DNA of 63,972 bases, filler included, from Reticulomyxa filosa (Eukaryota; Protista; Foraminifera), in assembly GCA_000512085.1 (NCBI GenBank). It is 20 parts of 20 records of this genome, joined end to end, with 100 filler letters (N's around TTAATTAATTAA, not from the genome) between each part and the next. Parts side by side here need not be neighbours in the genome. Positions count along the whole stretch, not along the records: positions 25,969 to 29,499 come from ASPP01026683.1; positions 29,600 to 31,868 come from ASPP01022917.1; positions 31,969 to 37,986 come from ASPP01004564.1; positions 38,087 to 42,054 come from ASPP01027846.1; 16 more parts are not named here. One strand, written 5' to 3'. The notes under the pieces are model-generated. The model worked only from the letters and a program-made list of their open reading frames with translations, made no database searches and was not told the DNA's origin. This document shows positions 25,969 to 38,957 of the stretch, one piece after another (position 1 is the stretch's first letter; each line of letters opens with the position of its first letter). Position numbers and translations under genes: made by a program.

Positions 25969-27893
25969 TTTTATACTTTCTCTTCAATCTCTACCTTTAA
26001 TTTAAAAAAAAAACACATACACACACACACAAACAAACCTTGACAGAGGGCGATTGTTCGGCTTTGTTGGTAGGCTTGCAACACAATAAATCAATGAAGA
26101 AGCTATTCATATTTCCTTGATGGAGATTACGAAACAATGCATTTTTCACTAGTACTGTGATGAATTGTGATTGTTATTTCAAAGTCCCAATTTACATAAC
26201 GAAAAAAAAAAAAAACAACAAAGATATTATATATGTCTGTTAATTGATATGTTTGTTTATTTGGTGTCAACATTGCAAATCTTTTTCATTGGCCAATTTG
26301 GAAATGAACACTTTGGGGCACTGTCTCAATAACAACTCCAGGACAGAGCGGCCGTGATACGCATTTCCAGTGGACAAAGGATGGAACACGGCCAAAGCGT
26401 GCAAGGCAATTTCATGACATTTTTCGGTCAAAAATGTTTTCACTTTTTCCGGTGCTTGTTCATTGGACAGCAGTCGCATTAGTCCAAATGACCTTTGTAT
26501 TTACATGTATGCATGTGTATATATGCAAAATCACATATTGTATACACGTTTTCAAATTGTTTTGAACTTATTTTTCATTTGGTTTAATTTTTTCCTACTG
26601 TGATTAGCAACAATTGAGCCCTGTTGCCAATCTCGAAGTTCAACTCAAAATGGCACACATATGCTTTAGCACATAACATACAACATACAATTTGGCCGGT
26701 TTAATGTCCGAGTCTTCCTCTGACTGCAGAGGTTTGGTAGGTGGGATCACTTCGTCATAGTTGATCTTGTCCAACTCTTTGATCCACACATCTACACTCC
26801 CAGGCATTCTTGATATATAATTCATTATCGTATGTATCATGCCTTAAATTAAAAAAGTAGCAAATACAAAAAAAAAAAAAAAAAAAACAAACAATATTTT
26901 AAAAATTGCATTTTTGCGTTCAATTGGAGAGGGAGGGGAAAAAATTAGATGCAAGCCAATCTTCCAAGTTTTTTAGTCTTAACTATCTTTAAACAATACA
27001 TCAAACATCTTCCAATTAATTTGTGCATCAGTTAATTCCAAGAACGATTCAAGCAATTGAATCTTTTCCGCCTGCGTCATGGAGTCCTCTGGTTGTTCTT
27101 CAAGCGGAAGCTGGCCTGGTTCGAGTTCATCCTCGCTATCTTGCGAAAGGTTTTTCTCGCACGAAGTTGTGCTTTTCACTGTTGTTATTGTTGTTGTCTC
27201 GACCTCCTTGGACTCTTCGATTACTTCCTTCACTTTTTTCACTTTGACCTCTTCGTCCTTGCTCACAACACGGTCCAGGTCTTCTTCTGTTTCCGAATCT
27301 GATCCCTCCACGTCACTATCACCAAATCCTTTCGAATCAATTTGTTCCATCAATTTTAACTCGGCTTGTCTATGTTTTATTTATTTCAAATTGTTCATAT
27401 TGTGTAACTTGGTTCATTTCTTTGTTTTGTTTTGTTTTTTTTTTTTAAAAAAAAACAAAAGAAATGAAGTTGCAAGTAACATCTCTGGCGTTGGGGATAA
27501 TCCACTAAGACTCAAATTAGTGCAAGTCATACTTCTATGCAAACTCAATGTGTTCCTCTTCTTTCTGTAATTACACTTGTCCGTTGTTGTTGGACATTCG
27601 CTTGCTTCCTCCGGAAGACTTGCGCTTCTTTCCAAAGTAATGCTCGGCTTGTACAATTTCGCGTCTGCTTTTGCATTATCTTTCGATTCACTTGCCTTGC
27701 CAATGCCATCGCAGTGCTCCCCCTTTGTCTTGCTCTCGCTGTTCGTGTATTCGACTGCTGTCTTACTGGAGGTGGTTCTTAACAGGGTCGGCTTTTGTTT
27801 GAAACTTGGTACTTTTCGTTGCGACTTTCCGACTTCATTGTTGCACTTTATAACAAGTCCACCATTCAATCTCTCCTCTACTTTGCCTTCCAC
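25969..27893 (-). CDS. Multi-exon hypothetical protein with an acidic linker and a helical (possibly SAPS-like) domain, 3' truncated
   Basis: Exon-sized ORFs 27414.., 26979.., 26640.. and 26267.. separated by GT-AG introns; the family call is weak. Confidence 0.5.
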
Positions 27894-27911
27894 TTTTTTT
27901 TGTCATTTGTG

Positions 27912-29280
27912 TTATATGTTATATATTTGTTTGCAAGTCTTTCCAATGTTGTTTTCTTTTGTTTTGTTATTGATTTCAGTTAAACTGTTGAGACTCTTCA
28001 AATTGGACATGCTCTTGCTCGATTGCAGTTTACACTTACTCGTCGCATTCCCTTTGCCTGTCGCATCCGGGTTTCGACCGCTGACCGATCTGATTAGTCG
28101 AGGGGCTTCCGTTTTGCTTGCCAATCGACCAACACGTGACGCCTTGGTGCTGGACGAACGAGCTTCCTTGCTCGACGGTGGCATCGGAGATGACGGTCCA
28201 AGTCTTCGAACACCTGCATGTTGGTTGTTTCATTCAAACGCAATGTACCTCCAAAAAAAAAAAAAATACATGTACATATTTGTATACATACATCATAGAA
28301 AAGTACATTTTATGTATGATCCATGGACGATTATCCTTTTTTTTTATAAAAAAAAAAAAAAAAAAAAGTGTACATACAAACAAAACCAACCTTTTTGCGC
28401 GATTAGCGTGAGATATTTGTTATCTTTTCCCTCCAATTGTAATGAAAGATCTCCATATTTTTGCAAGTAAGTTTTCCGAAAGGGGGCCGCCATGGTGGAG
28501 ACCAAATCTTCAGTTCGGTGCTCGTCAATTCCATTCAAAATATTGGTGCATTCCATTGCTTCCATCCGCACAAGCTTGTCCATGTCTTTCATACCAAGTT
28601 TGAGTGACTCTGTGATCAGATCGAGAGTCTCTTTCATGACACCATCGTTGTTGCCAGCCGAATCGGAATTGCCACCACTTGTCGTGGTTCCTTTCATAAG
28701 ATCTTCTTCTTCCTCTGGTGGTGGTGGTGCTGCTGCTGCCGCTGCCGACATGGGGGTCATCTTTTCAAATTTGTATTCATCCGTCTGCGTGTCCGATGCT
28801 TCACTGCGATCGATCGCACTTTTCTTTGGTGCATCACCACTCTCTCCATTTGGTGTTACCACCCATCGCTCCAATATACTCTTTAAGAATACAAATGAGT
28901 GCTTTCTTATCATTGTGGATTTGTCTTGCGCTGTTGCTCCAAACACGCGTACCAATTTCTCTATTTTTTTTTTTTTTTTATTTTTTTTTTTTAATCAGTT
29001 TCATTCAACATGTTTATTGGAAGGGAAAAACCAAACAAGCAAACAAACAAAATTGCAAACTGAGATTGGCTGTCGTTTTTAGTATTTCCCGAATGGCTTT
29101 TTCACAAGCAAACACCGATTTATTGTCTTGATTGATCAAATGCGTCATCATTCGCTTAATGTAAAACCCCGCATGACTATCAAACACATCCGGGTGTGAT
29201 TTGGCCATCGCTACCACCACCCCAAATATTTTTTCATGAACCAGCGCATTTTTATCTTTCAGCTGTGTTTCACATTATTA
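27912..29280 (-). CDS. CLASP-like TOG/HEAT domain protein, 5' truncated
   Basis: HEAT helices: DKSTMIRKHSFVFLKSILERW, LKLGMKDMDKLVRMEAMEC..RTEDLVSTM; intron 28961-29060; Ser/Arg-rich basic tail. Confidence 0.55.
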
Positions 29281-29669
29281 ATCCCCCCCCCAAAAAAAAA
29301 ATTGCATATTTATCTACTTGATAACGATTTGTTTTTTCAAAATTGGCTCTTTTGCTCTTTATTTGTTTACGTTTGCCCACATGCGTTTTTGCGTTTTGCC
29401 ATAAAGGACAAGACAAAGCCAAACAAATCATCAAAAGAAGAAAGAGAAGAGCATGTGCGTAAAAAATGGGAATATATATATTTTTTTTTTAATAAACACN
29501 NNNNNNNNNNNNNNNNNNNNNNNNNNNNNNNNNNNNNNNNNNNTTAATTAATTAANNNNNNNNNNNNNNNNNNNNNNNNNNNNNNNNNNNNNNNNNNNNT
29601 TTTTTTTTTTAAATCAATTTTATACAATAAAATTCATTTATGTGTTTAAATACAAAAAAAAAAAAAAAG

Positions 29670-30704
29670 GAAGCTTACCAACTGTGGTGGATCTATCAAT
29701 TCACTCAGTTTTACTTTTGCTGTTACGAAGCTTTGTTCACTACGACATCCTCCAACGATATGTATATAAGTATTGTCTTCATTCAATATCCCAAAACAAT
29801 TACACAATGGAGTGAGCATCCTATTTTTAATTGTAATCCATTTTTTTTTTTTTATGGAGTATTGGTGCACTGACTTTGAAGCACTTTGGCCATATCCACC
29901 AAAGAATAAGATAGTATCATTGACACGTACATATGCATAGTCACTGAGTGGTGCAATATCCTTACAAACTGGTAGTTTATGAAATTGAAAATTATTGTTA
30001 TCTTCATCATATTCAATTGATAATCCTTCCTCTTTACAAAACAATAACATTTCATAATTCTTTTTTTTATTTGTTTTCATCATCTCTTGTCCTTGTCCAT
30101 TTTCTGAATTTGATACAAAGCAAGGAAATCCAATCAAATCTTGAACTGGTAAAGTAACATGTTTAATGAATTGAAATGTATTTAAATCAAATACACTAAT
30201 ACTACCAATAAAATAAGCAATAAATAACAAATGATTGTTGCTTCCACCAATCAATGCACGCATTCCTTTAAAATTACTATGATCTCTTTCAATGTAAACT
30301 GGATGGTTATTATTGTCTGTGAAAGGAATCCATTGATTGTAATGATTTAATTTCTTTAATTTATTATCATCATTCCAAACATTTGCATATTTCATCATCA
30401 ATGTATGTTGATGCGATCCACCAAAAGATAACAAAGTGATTTTATTACTGTCTTTCTTGTTTTTATTTGCCAATTTCACTACACAGTGTCCATTTAATTT
30501 AACATCACTTGGATAATCACAGATAAACTTGTAGTCGTTTTTGATTGTATGATAAGAATAACAAACTCTTCGATCATAACCCCCGCAAATGAGGATCTCG
30601 TGTTTGTGTAACACATATTGATAATCCGGGAGTGAAATGGACAAATCCTTCAACGTTTGAGAATGAGATGAAGTGACAGTATGTTGATTTTGCTCAGTAG
30701 CCAT
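29670..30704 (-). CDS. Kelch-like repeat protein (expanded family), 3' truncated
   Basis: HEILICGG, LNGHCVVKL, ITLLSFGG, RALIGGSNNHLLFI, ILFFGG, IHIVGG; paralogue of 11792-12882. Confidence 0.85.
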
Positions 30705-31968
30705 ATTGTTAATGTTACAGAATTTTTTTAAAGAGTTTTTAGTTTTTTTAAAAAAAGGAGCTGAACATGTTTTGTAAAACAGCATAAAAGTATTTTACGT
30801 GACAATAAAGTCTATATCAAAAAAAAATAAAATGAGATTAATAAAAATGATACAATATGTCATCTTAATAACAAATTGTTAAGAAATTGAAAAATGTGCA
30901 GAAACGATAAATAATGTACATTATAGTTCGAGTGCTCTGAGATTTATGAAATTTTTCTTTCAATGTTTGGATTTAAATTTATTAATATCCATTTTTACTA
31001 ATTCTTTTTGTTCTATATTCTACAAAGAAAAATTGGACTGAGCTGCGTTTTTTAGAATGAGTTTTTTTTGTCTGGCTTTTTTACTTTACAAACGTTTTCG
31101 CTTTTTGATACCGTTTATTTCATGTATGTTTGTTCTTTTATTTTTTTTATTCATAAGTTGTAATTATTTTTACTTTTGTACCTTAACAGAACGTACAACA
31201 AGACAAACGATGATTCTTCTAATCATGGGATTGTTCGGAAGCATATTCAGTTTGCTGGGGATATGGTTTGCCGGGCCGTATGGAATACTGTTCGGACTGC
31301 CTTTTATGGTGCTGCAACATTTATTCTAGGTTTTTTTTTATTTTTTGAACTACCGAGCACAATGTAACAAAGATATTTGGCATGTGTTGTTTAACTTGGC
31401 AACAGGTATAGCCACCAGAGGAGCAAAAATTGCCTGTAATGCAGTGCAAAATCCCTTGCGCCAACTTGCTTAAATTAAATGTTTGCAAATTTTTTTTCCC
31501 GAAAAAACTGACCTACTCAGTCTTTTTTCCGAAAAAACTGACTCAATCTTTTTTTATTGTTTATTATTGATTGTGCTAATAAAGTAGTTGTGACTCTAAG
31601 ATTGGTGTTTAACTAAGATCTAATTGTACTATTTTCAGTCTTGAAAAAAATTGTGAACTTGGCATGCCAATGAGACCAAAAAAAAATAAATTATTGCAGA
31701 TTTCTTTTTCAAGATAAAAAACCATTGTTTTCGAAAATTTGAAACGTAAAAAAAAAAAAACCCTAAGCTTTGTATTAATGGCATTTGCAATAACTAATCT
31801 CAATTCTTCGATAAAAGCTGTCAACAATTAATGTTGCTTGATTTACAACTATACTTTACTCCTAAAATNNNNNNNNNNNNNNNNNNNNNNNNNNNNNNNN
31901 NNNNNNNNNNNNTTAATTAATTAANNNNNNNNNNNNNNNNNNNNNNNNNNNNNNNNNNNNNNNNNNNN

Positions 31969-33343
31969 ACAAGGACAAGGACAAGGACAAGGACAAGGAC
32001 AAGGACTACCAATGCAAATACAAATGCAAATGCAAATACCTTCACAAATGATATCACAGCCACAAAGATCTCCACATCACTCTAAACAATTCTTGGCCGC
32101 ACCGCAGTTGGTTGCGGATACATCGAACTCATCCAACGAAGAGGCAGAAGAAGAAGAAGAAGCAGAAGCAGAAGCAGAAGAAGAAGAAAAAGCCGAAATT
32201 GAAATGCATACGCCAATGCAGCCCAAGCAAACGACCACAAATGAAGATCGCTACAAAATGAGAAGAAGAGATAACAACAGAGAGAAACAGACACAAGAGG
32301 AAGAAGATGAGGACGTGGTGGTAGTCATAAACGAACAAGAAGAGGAAGAGGAAGAGGAAGAAGAAGAAGAAGAATCGGTACAAGAACAGGAATTGAAAAC
32401 GTATGAAACAATAGGAGTGCACATAAACAATAACTATCATCCAGGTGTATCTAACCATCCATTAGTGTTAGACCCTCGATCAACAGGCTCGAACAAATAC
32501 GACAATGGCAGCGGGAAGAAGGCATTGCCAATGGTCAAAAAGTCAAGCAACACGCCTGTAAACAACCGCGATACGCGAATGACAAACTCGCCAAGAGACG
32601 GCGATCCAAAGTACTACTACAACTCAATGCAATCCAAAGCTGTCGCAATGCATGTTCCCATGCATGTAATGCAGCAACATCAATTCGAAACAGAGCAAGA
32701 ACGAGAACGAGGAAAAAGTGTTGACACCGAACAGACTCAGACTCAGAGTCAGAGTCAGAATCAGAGTCAGAGCCAGACTCAAACTCAAATGCAAACGCAA
32801 ACTCAACCACAAATACAAATCCTAACACGAATACACAGTCCAAGAGGAAGAGAGAAAGAAAATGTAAACAACGGCAGAGATGCAAGGAAGATGAATCTAC
32901 TAACAAAGACATCTCCGATGGGACACGAGGATGACATCGAAAGCGCGCCGAGAACGGAGCCTTACGCTGGCAGTGAATCGCCACTGGTGCAGACCTCACA
33001 GGCATACGACGGCGTGGAGCATGCCCTATTTGGACATCAGAACCCGGTGCCTGCGCCCGTGTATTATCGTCCCTTTGCAGGCGTGACGCGCACCAGCGCG
33101 GGAAGTAACACCATCACGGCCACCGTGACAGGCATCACCAAAGGGACGGGACTTACCTTTGGCTACTCGCACGTAGGGACCATGTTCAGCAGTCCGTCGG
33201 GAGGCGCCGCAGAGGATGGCTCCCATCCTATCATCGGTCCCCACAATGGCAATACTGATATGTTCCCTCAAATTTCGAATTTGCATTTGCCGGGTGTCAA
33301 TTATTACAATAACAACAACAACCATGGCAATGACAATAGTAAC

Positions 33344-33378
<35 letters not shown>

Positions 33379-33672
33379 TAATAATAATAACAATAATGGT
33401 AACAACAACAACAACAACAACAATGGCAATCATCATAATGACAACAAACAGTCCTCACCACAAATTAATCCACATAATCTCATTCTTGTTCGTTCACCAT
33501 TCACCGCTGTCGGGTCGGAGGACAAAGGTGGCAATCCTCCTTCTTCTTCCGTCGATCACGAGGTTGGACATCTCAATCCTCCTCAACATACTTCTCCTCG
33601 TCTGCGGACGTCAAAAGACGCACTCAAACATAAACATGATTTTCATCATTCCAATCGACCAGGTAACACTAT

Positions 33673-33709
<37 letters not shown>

Positions 33710-34346
33710 TGTAATTGTATATGTTAACATTACTAACTTATTTTAGAATATCATCGCGAACACTCGCATTCACGTTCTCGATCGCACTCCCACTCTCGAT
33801 CGCATTCTCGCACGCCGTCGCACACCTCACCGAAAGGACATGTACCCAACAACACGATGGTATATCACCAAAATGCATTGACGTATCACATGGAGCACGA
33901 CAACGGCACGACTCCAACGATGACGTCGACTAATATTCGGAACCAGGTGTTGAACGAAAACCTCAGCAGCAGTGGTATGCACGACCCGAACGACCGTCAC
34001 AGTCAGTACCAGAAGATCCACATCATCCCCACGGTCAAGTATAGAGATCCCAAGGCGGTGGACATGGAGCACGAACGCGACACGGAAGAAGAGAGGCCGT
34101 CGCACGACGAATACACTCACGAGGCCAGCGAGTTCGATCATCAGGACGACGAACATGACAGCCACAAGCACAGAGGCAGGGCGCACAACTACCTTCAGAA
34201 GGAGCACGTCATCCAAGGCTTTCATAAAACAATGCACCACGAGCAAGAGATACCCGTATCCAAACTGCGCACTCAGCCCTACAAACATAATCATGGCAAT
34301 GACAACAATGGCAACTATAACCACGACGAGAACGACAATGATAATA

Positions 34347-34378
<32 letters not shown>

Positions 34379-34703
34379 AACGATCACAACGATTACAATG
34401 ATAATAGTGGTTACAATAGCAATAACGATTACAATAGTAGCAACAATGGTTATAAGGGCTACAATAATCACAATATCAATAATAATAATAATAATAATAA
34501 CAATAATAATAATAATAATAATCCAAAGCCAACGCCATTGACATTGTCATGGCTGCCCACCATTCAAAGTAATCACAATCCTCAACGCAAGAAACCACAA
34601 GATGCCTTGGATGACAATGATTCGCCTCGAGAGAGCCAAGGATCGCAAACACCGGCAATGCCATCTCACCTTAGGACCGACGACTATTCACATCGTCACG
34701 ATC

Positions 34704-34738
<35 letters not shown>

Positions 34739-35245
34739 AACATTCACGACAACAACAATGTGACTATACCGATGACAGGGACAGGAGGAGCGGCGCCTTA
34801 TTACGGACATCCGACATTTGTCGCAATCCCGCCATTGTCCACAATGGTCTACCCGACGACCACGATGATCAATCGCAAGCACCACATGTCGACCGACCCT
34901 GTATTCGACGACGAGAACAGCATGCACAGCGGAGGCACAGGGGTGACCGAGCATGTGCAAGCGCAGGTGCAAGGGGACGTGCGGAGGGACTCGGCGTCGC
35001 ACTCCGAGTCGCAGTCGCAGTCCCAAGTGACGGAAACGCAAGAATCTAAGGACGATAAAGGTTATCAATATGTGGACTTTGGAAAGGACAGAAAGCCTTT
35101 GGTTACATTCATTGAGCCATTTCAAGTTATTGGATCCGCCAAATCCGTTCCCGATTTGCCTTCTCCAAATAACGATCAAGGCGTGGATACACCATCAGGC
35201 ACAGTCACCGAACACAATAGCAATGGCAATCACAACAACAACAAC

Positions 35246-35282
<37 letters not shown>

Positions 35283-35901
35283 TAACAATCATAATTATAA
35301 CCTTGGAAAAAACAGACTCAGCAGCATCAAAAAAAAATGGCCGACACCGAGACAACCTGGAGTCTCAGTTACAAGCATTGCCATTCCAGAAAATGAAGTC
35401 CCGACCTACGAGTACTACCACAATCCCGACAACGACAGTCAAATGAATGTAAATGTCGCCGCTGCTTTGCATTGGAAAAGTGACTCCTCCACTCTCAACT
35501 TACATCCTGCTGGCGGCGCTTCCATCGATATCTCCGAACACGATCGCACTCAGTCCGCCACTCGCACTTATTCGCTCTTGCAAGGCCCACTTACTTTAGG
35601 TGCTAGATCTCCCCCCAAAGACCCACCCTCGTTGGCCAAAGTTGATCATTATATACATATATGCATATATGTACACATATTATTATTTTTTTTATATGCT
35701 ATTATATTGATCTTTTTTTTTTTTCCATATTTGACGCAGGAATCATTCCATCCTCACGGCGATTCCGGTGCGTACACGCAAGAATTAACGTCACATGACT
35801 TAACTGATACCACTGGTCATAATCATCGCGATGGTGTTGAAATGCTCGTGCAACCTGTCCAAGACCACGCAGACACGCAGGTAAAAATTGAATCCTTGTA
35901 A
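31969..35901 (+). CDS. Very long intrinsically disordered protein (poly-N/D/E/Q, His-rich), 5' truncated
   Basis: ORFs 32012..33727, 33857..35446 and 35443..35901; introns at about 33663-33747 and 35641-35739; frameshift in the AAT repeat near 35240. Confidence 0.7.
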
Positions 35902-36793
35902 ATACTTCAAAGGAAACTGCAAGAAAGATCGCTATGAATAAATGGAAGAATAACACAGATAAAAATAAAAAAAGAAACTTGCAATCTCTTTTTTTTATTT
36001 TATTTCTGGAGCCTTTTTTTCATGTGCAATGGATACATGCAGCATATTTCTGTTAATTGTTTGTCTTCTGCAATGTTTTTTTCATTCGTTTGTTTGTTTG
36101 TTTTGTTGATTTTTTTATTTTATTCTATTTTGTTGTTTTCGATTGGTTTATGTTTGATTCATTTTGTGATGGCTTCATAGTTCGTTTGCTTCCTCTCTGC
36201 CTTGCCTTTCATTCTCAAGAAAACTGGAATTTTGTTTTGTTCTTATTCTTTTTGTTTTGGTGCTATAATTTCATGCAACGTCGAGTCTTTTGGTTTATCT
36301 TTATTTTTGAAAGGTAAAAAGAGTGCCAAGCTTTCGCTTTTGTTCATGTGTTACTTACTAATCAATATTTTTTTTTGTCAATGGCGTTTTTCTTTGTTTT
36401 GACTCTTTTTAAATAATCGCACATTTTATCAGTACAGTGCAACATATTTGGTTGATAAGAGTGAAATCATCACAAGAAAAAAATTTCAATATTTTGCCAT
36501 TCACAAGGAAGAAGAATTTGAAAGTCTATTATTATTATAGTGAAAGGTGTCACTTCTTTAGGAATGCCATTTTTCATTAAAAATCAAACTAACTTTCCTT
36601 ACTTTATTTTTGATATTAACAAACGGTGAGAGTTTGAAAGCTGACGTCATAAAATAAGTTTGTTCAGTACTTTTTGTTGACAAATTTTTTTTTAGTTTTG
36701 AGTCGGGATGAAGTTGACTTATTTACAAAATATAAAATCTTTTGAAAAAGTGGTATGAAAAAAAAAATAAAACAACTTAAATGGACAAGTAAT

Positions 36794-37935
36794 ATGTCAT
36801 ACAATATTTTTTTTGAATTGTGGAATGGAAAAGAGTGATGGCCATTTTTCACGTGTGAACGCCATTTGCTGGTCTTTTGACAATGAAAAACTGGCAATTG
36901 CAACAGCAGATAGATATATAACATTATTTGATGACAATGGACAACAAAAGGATCGCTTTTCAACAAAAGCTTCCGATACCAACAAGCACAAAATATACCG
37001 AATAGTCGGACTCTCATTTTCACCAGACTCTACAAAATTGGCTGTAGCACAGTCAGATAACATTGTGTTTGTTTACCGACTAGGAACAGGATGGGATTAT
37101 AAAAAGAGTATTTGTCACAAATTGGTTGTATCATCCAATGTCACATGTATGCTTTGGCCACATTCTCGGAATGACGAACTTGTATTTGGTTTGTCAAACG
37201 GAAAAGTTACTTCATCATACTTGTACGTGTACAGATACTATTCTTCTCACCTGTCATCTAATATAAAAAAAAGTTAAAAGTCGGCATTTTGCAAATGGAT
37301 GGAGTGCGCAAAAATAAATCTGCGACTCTCTTTGAGACTCAATCCTACGTGGTAACATTGGCTTGTGGAAGCGATGGAAACTCATTTATTAGCTCTCACA
37401 TGGATCGCACATTACACAAATACAAGTTTCCCACTGCAACGGGTGCACCTTTTAAGGAGCTCTTGGCAACTCTGCCATACGTGGGAACATGCATAGTGTG
37501 GAGCCATGACACATTATTGGTAGGCAGTAATTTGGGACATGTCGTGGCGTTGAATTCAAATGATGGAACTCAATTACAAATTTTTGAGTTCAATATAGAG
37601 TCTTGCAGTCGATCTTTGTATTGTGCTGCCAGCAATCCACAAGGACAATGCGCTATTTTTGGTGGATTTAATTAGTTTATTTTTTTTTATTTTCTCATTG
37701 TCGACTACATTATTGATAAATATATAAAAAAAATGAACAGTTTTCAATCGTTCATTTTCGACAGACAGGAGAAAAAATGGAAAAAAAACACAGTTCATCC
37801 AATTGAAAATTATGGTTCAGTGACCGCATTGGGTTGGAAGTGGGATGGTTCCAAATTGGCGATTGGTGCAATGACAGGTTGTGTCGATTTGTATCACGCA
37901 TGCATTAAGAAGTTGAGTACTCTAATATTTTTTTG
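36794..37935 (+). CDS. IFT172: Intraflagellar transport protein 172, N-terminal WD40 region (3' truncated)
   Basis: KLAIATADRYITLFDDNGQQKDRFSTK, FSPDSTKLAVAQSDNIVFVYRLG..W..KKSIC, NKSATLF, VTALGWKWDGSKLAIG...GCVDLY; two introns; T-run frameshift just after the ATG. Confidence 0.9.
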
Positions 37936-37943
37936 AAACGTAT

Positions 37944-37979
<36 letters not shown>

Positions 37980-38086
37980 AAAAAAANNNNNNNNNNNNNN
38001 NNNNNNNNNNNNNNNNNNNNNNNNNNNNNNTTAATTAATTAANNNNNNNNNNNNNNNNNNNNNNNNNNNNNNNNNNNNNNNNNNNN

Positions 38087-38957
38087 GGTAGCGGACAAAC
38101 GAACGTGGCGTGATCTCACTGACACTGACGGCTATCACATATTGAAGACGGTGATAAATTCATTACATTTAGGCGGCAAAGATGCACATGCAATGCAATC
38201 GAATTGGATATCATTTGAATTGGCGATTGTCGATAAGTGTCTGCCATTGGCCATCGAATACATGGGCGAGTTCCATACGGTGGTGTCGCAGCAACTGCGT
38301 TTTTTGACGAGCGGGACTTTGATGCGTCAGCATACCATGAGCCTACCGTTCAATCTCCGCGCACGGTTCTATGGTGGCGACCACGGCAAGAAGACGACAA
38401 CGAAAGATAGTAAGGGTAAGAAGCAGCACATGACATTTAAAGTAAGCATGCGGATTGAATTGTCATCTCGAAAACGACAGGTCCATGGAAAACATACCCC
38501 TTCGCACCACTTTGCGGATAAACGTGGATTGGAGTCTACCGATCAAGATATTCAAAGAGAAGAAGAAGAAGAAGAAGAGAAATTGATTGCCAAACATCTT
38601 AAAAAAGACAACATACCTGAAACGGTGTCTTCACAGACTAAAAACGCTAATACCAATGGCAATAACCTCGTCCACACAGACAAAAGTAATAATCGTTGGC
38701 GTATTTGGGTCATCATTGAAAATGAAAATGGTGAAATACATGAACAATTCCCAATGGATTGGATTGAAAATATCCTACCTGGAAACAAACACATCTTGTT
38801 AACCAATTGTAAAAAAAACAACTGTTTGATGATTGTATATTTGTACGTTTTTCAATCGATCAAACTTAAGCGAAAACATGTATGTTTGGAGTGTGCAAAC
38901 GAACATGAATGTCATCTTTGGACACAAGCACTACTTCAATTACTTAAATTTTCCTAA
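38087..38957 (+). CDS. 3' part of a protein with a C-terminal PH-like domain
   Basis: QQLRFLTSGTLMRQH...VCLECANEHECHLWTQALLQLL resembles the start and C-terminal helix of ELMO/PLC-type PH domains. Confidence 0.5.
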
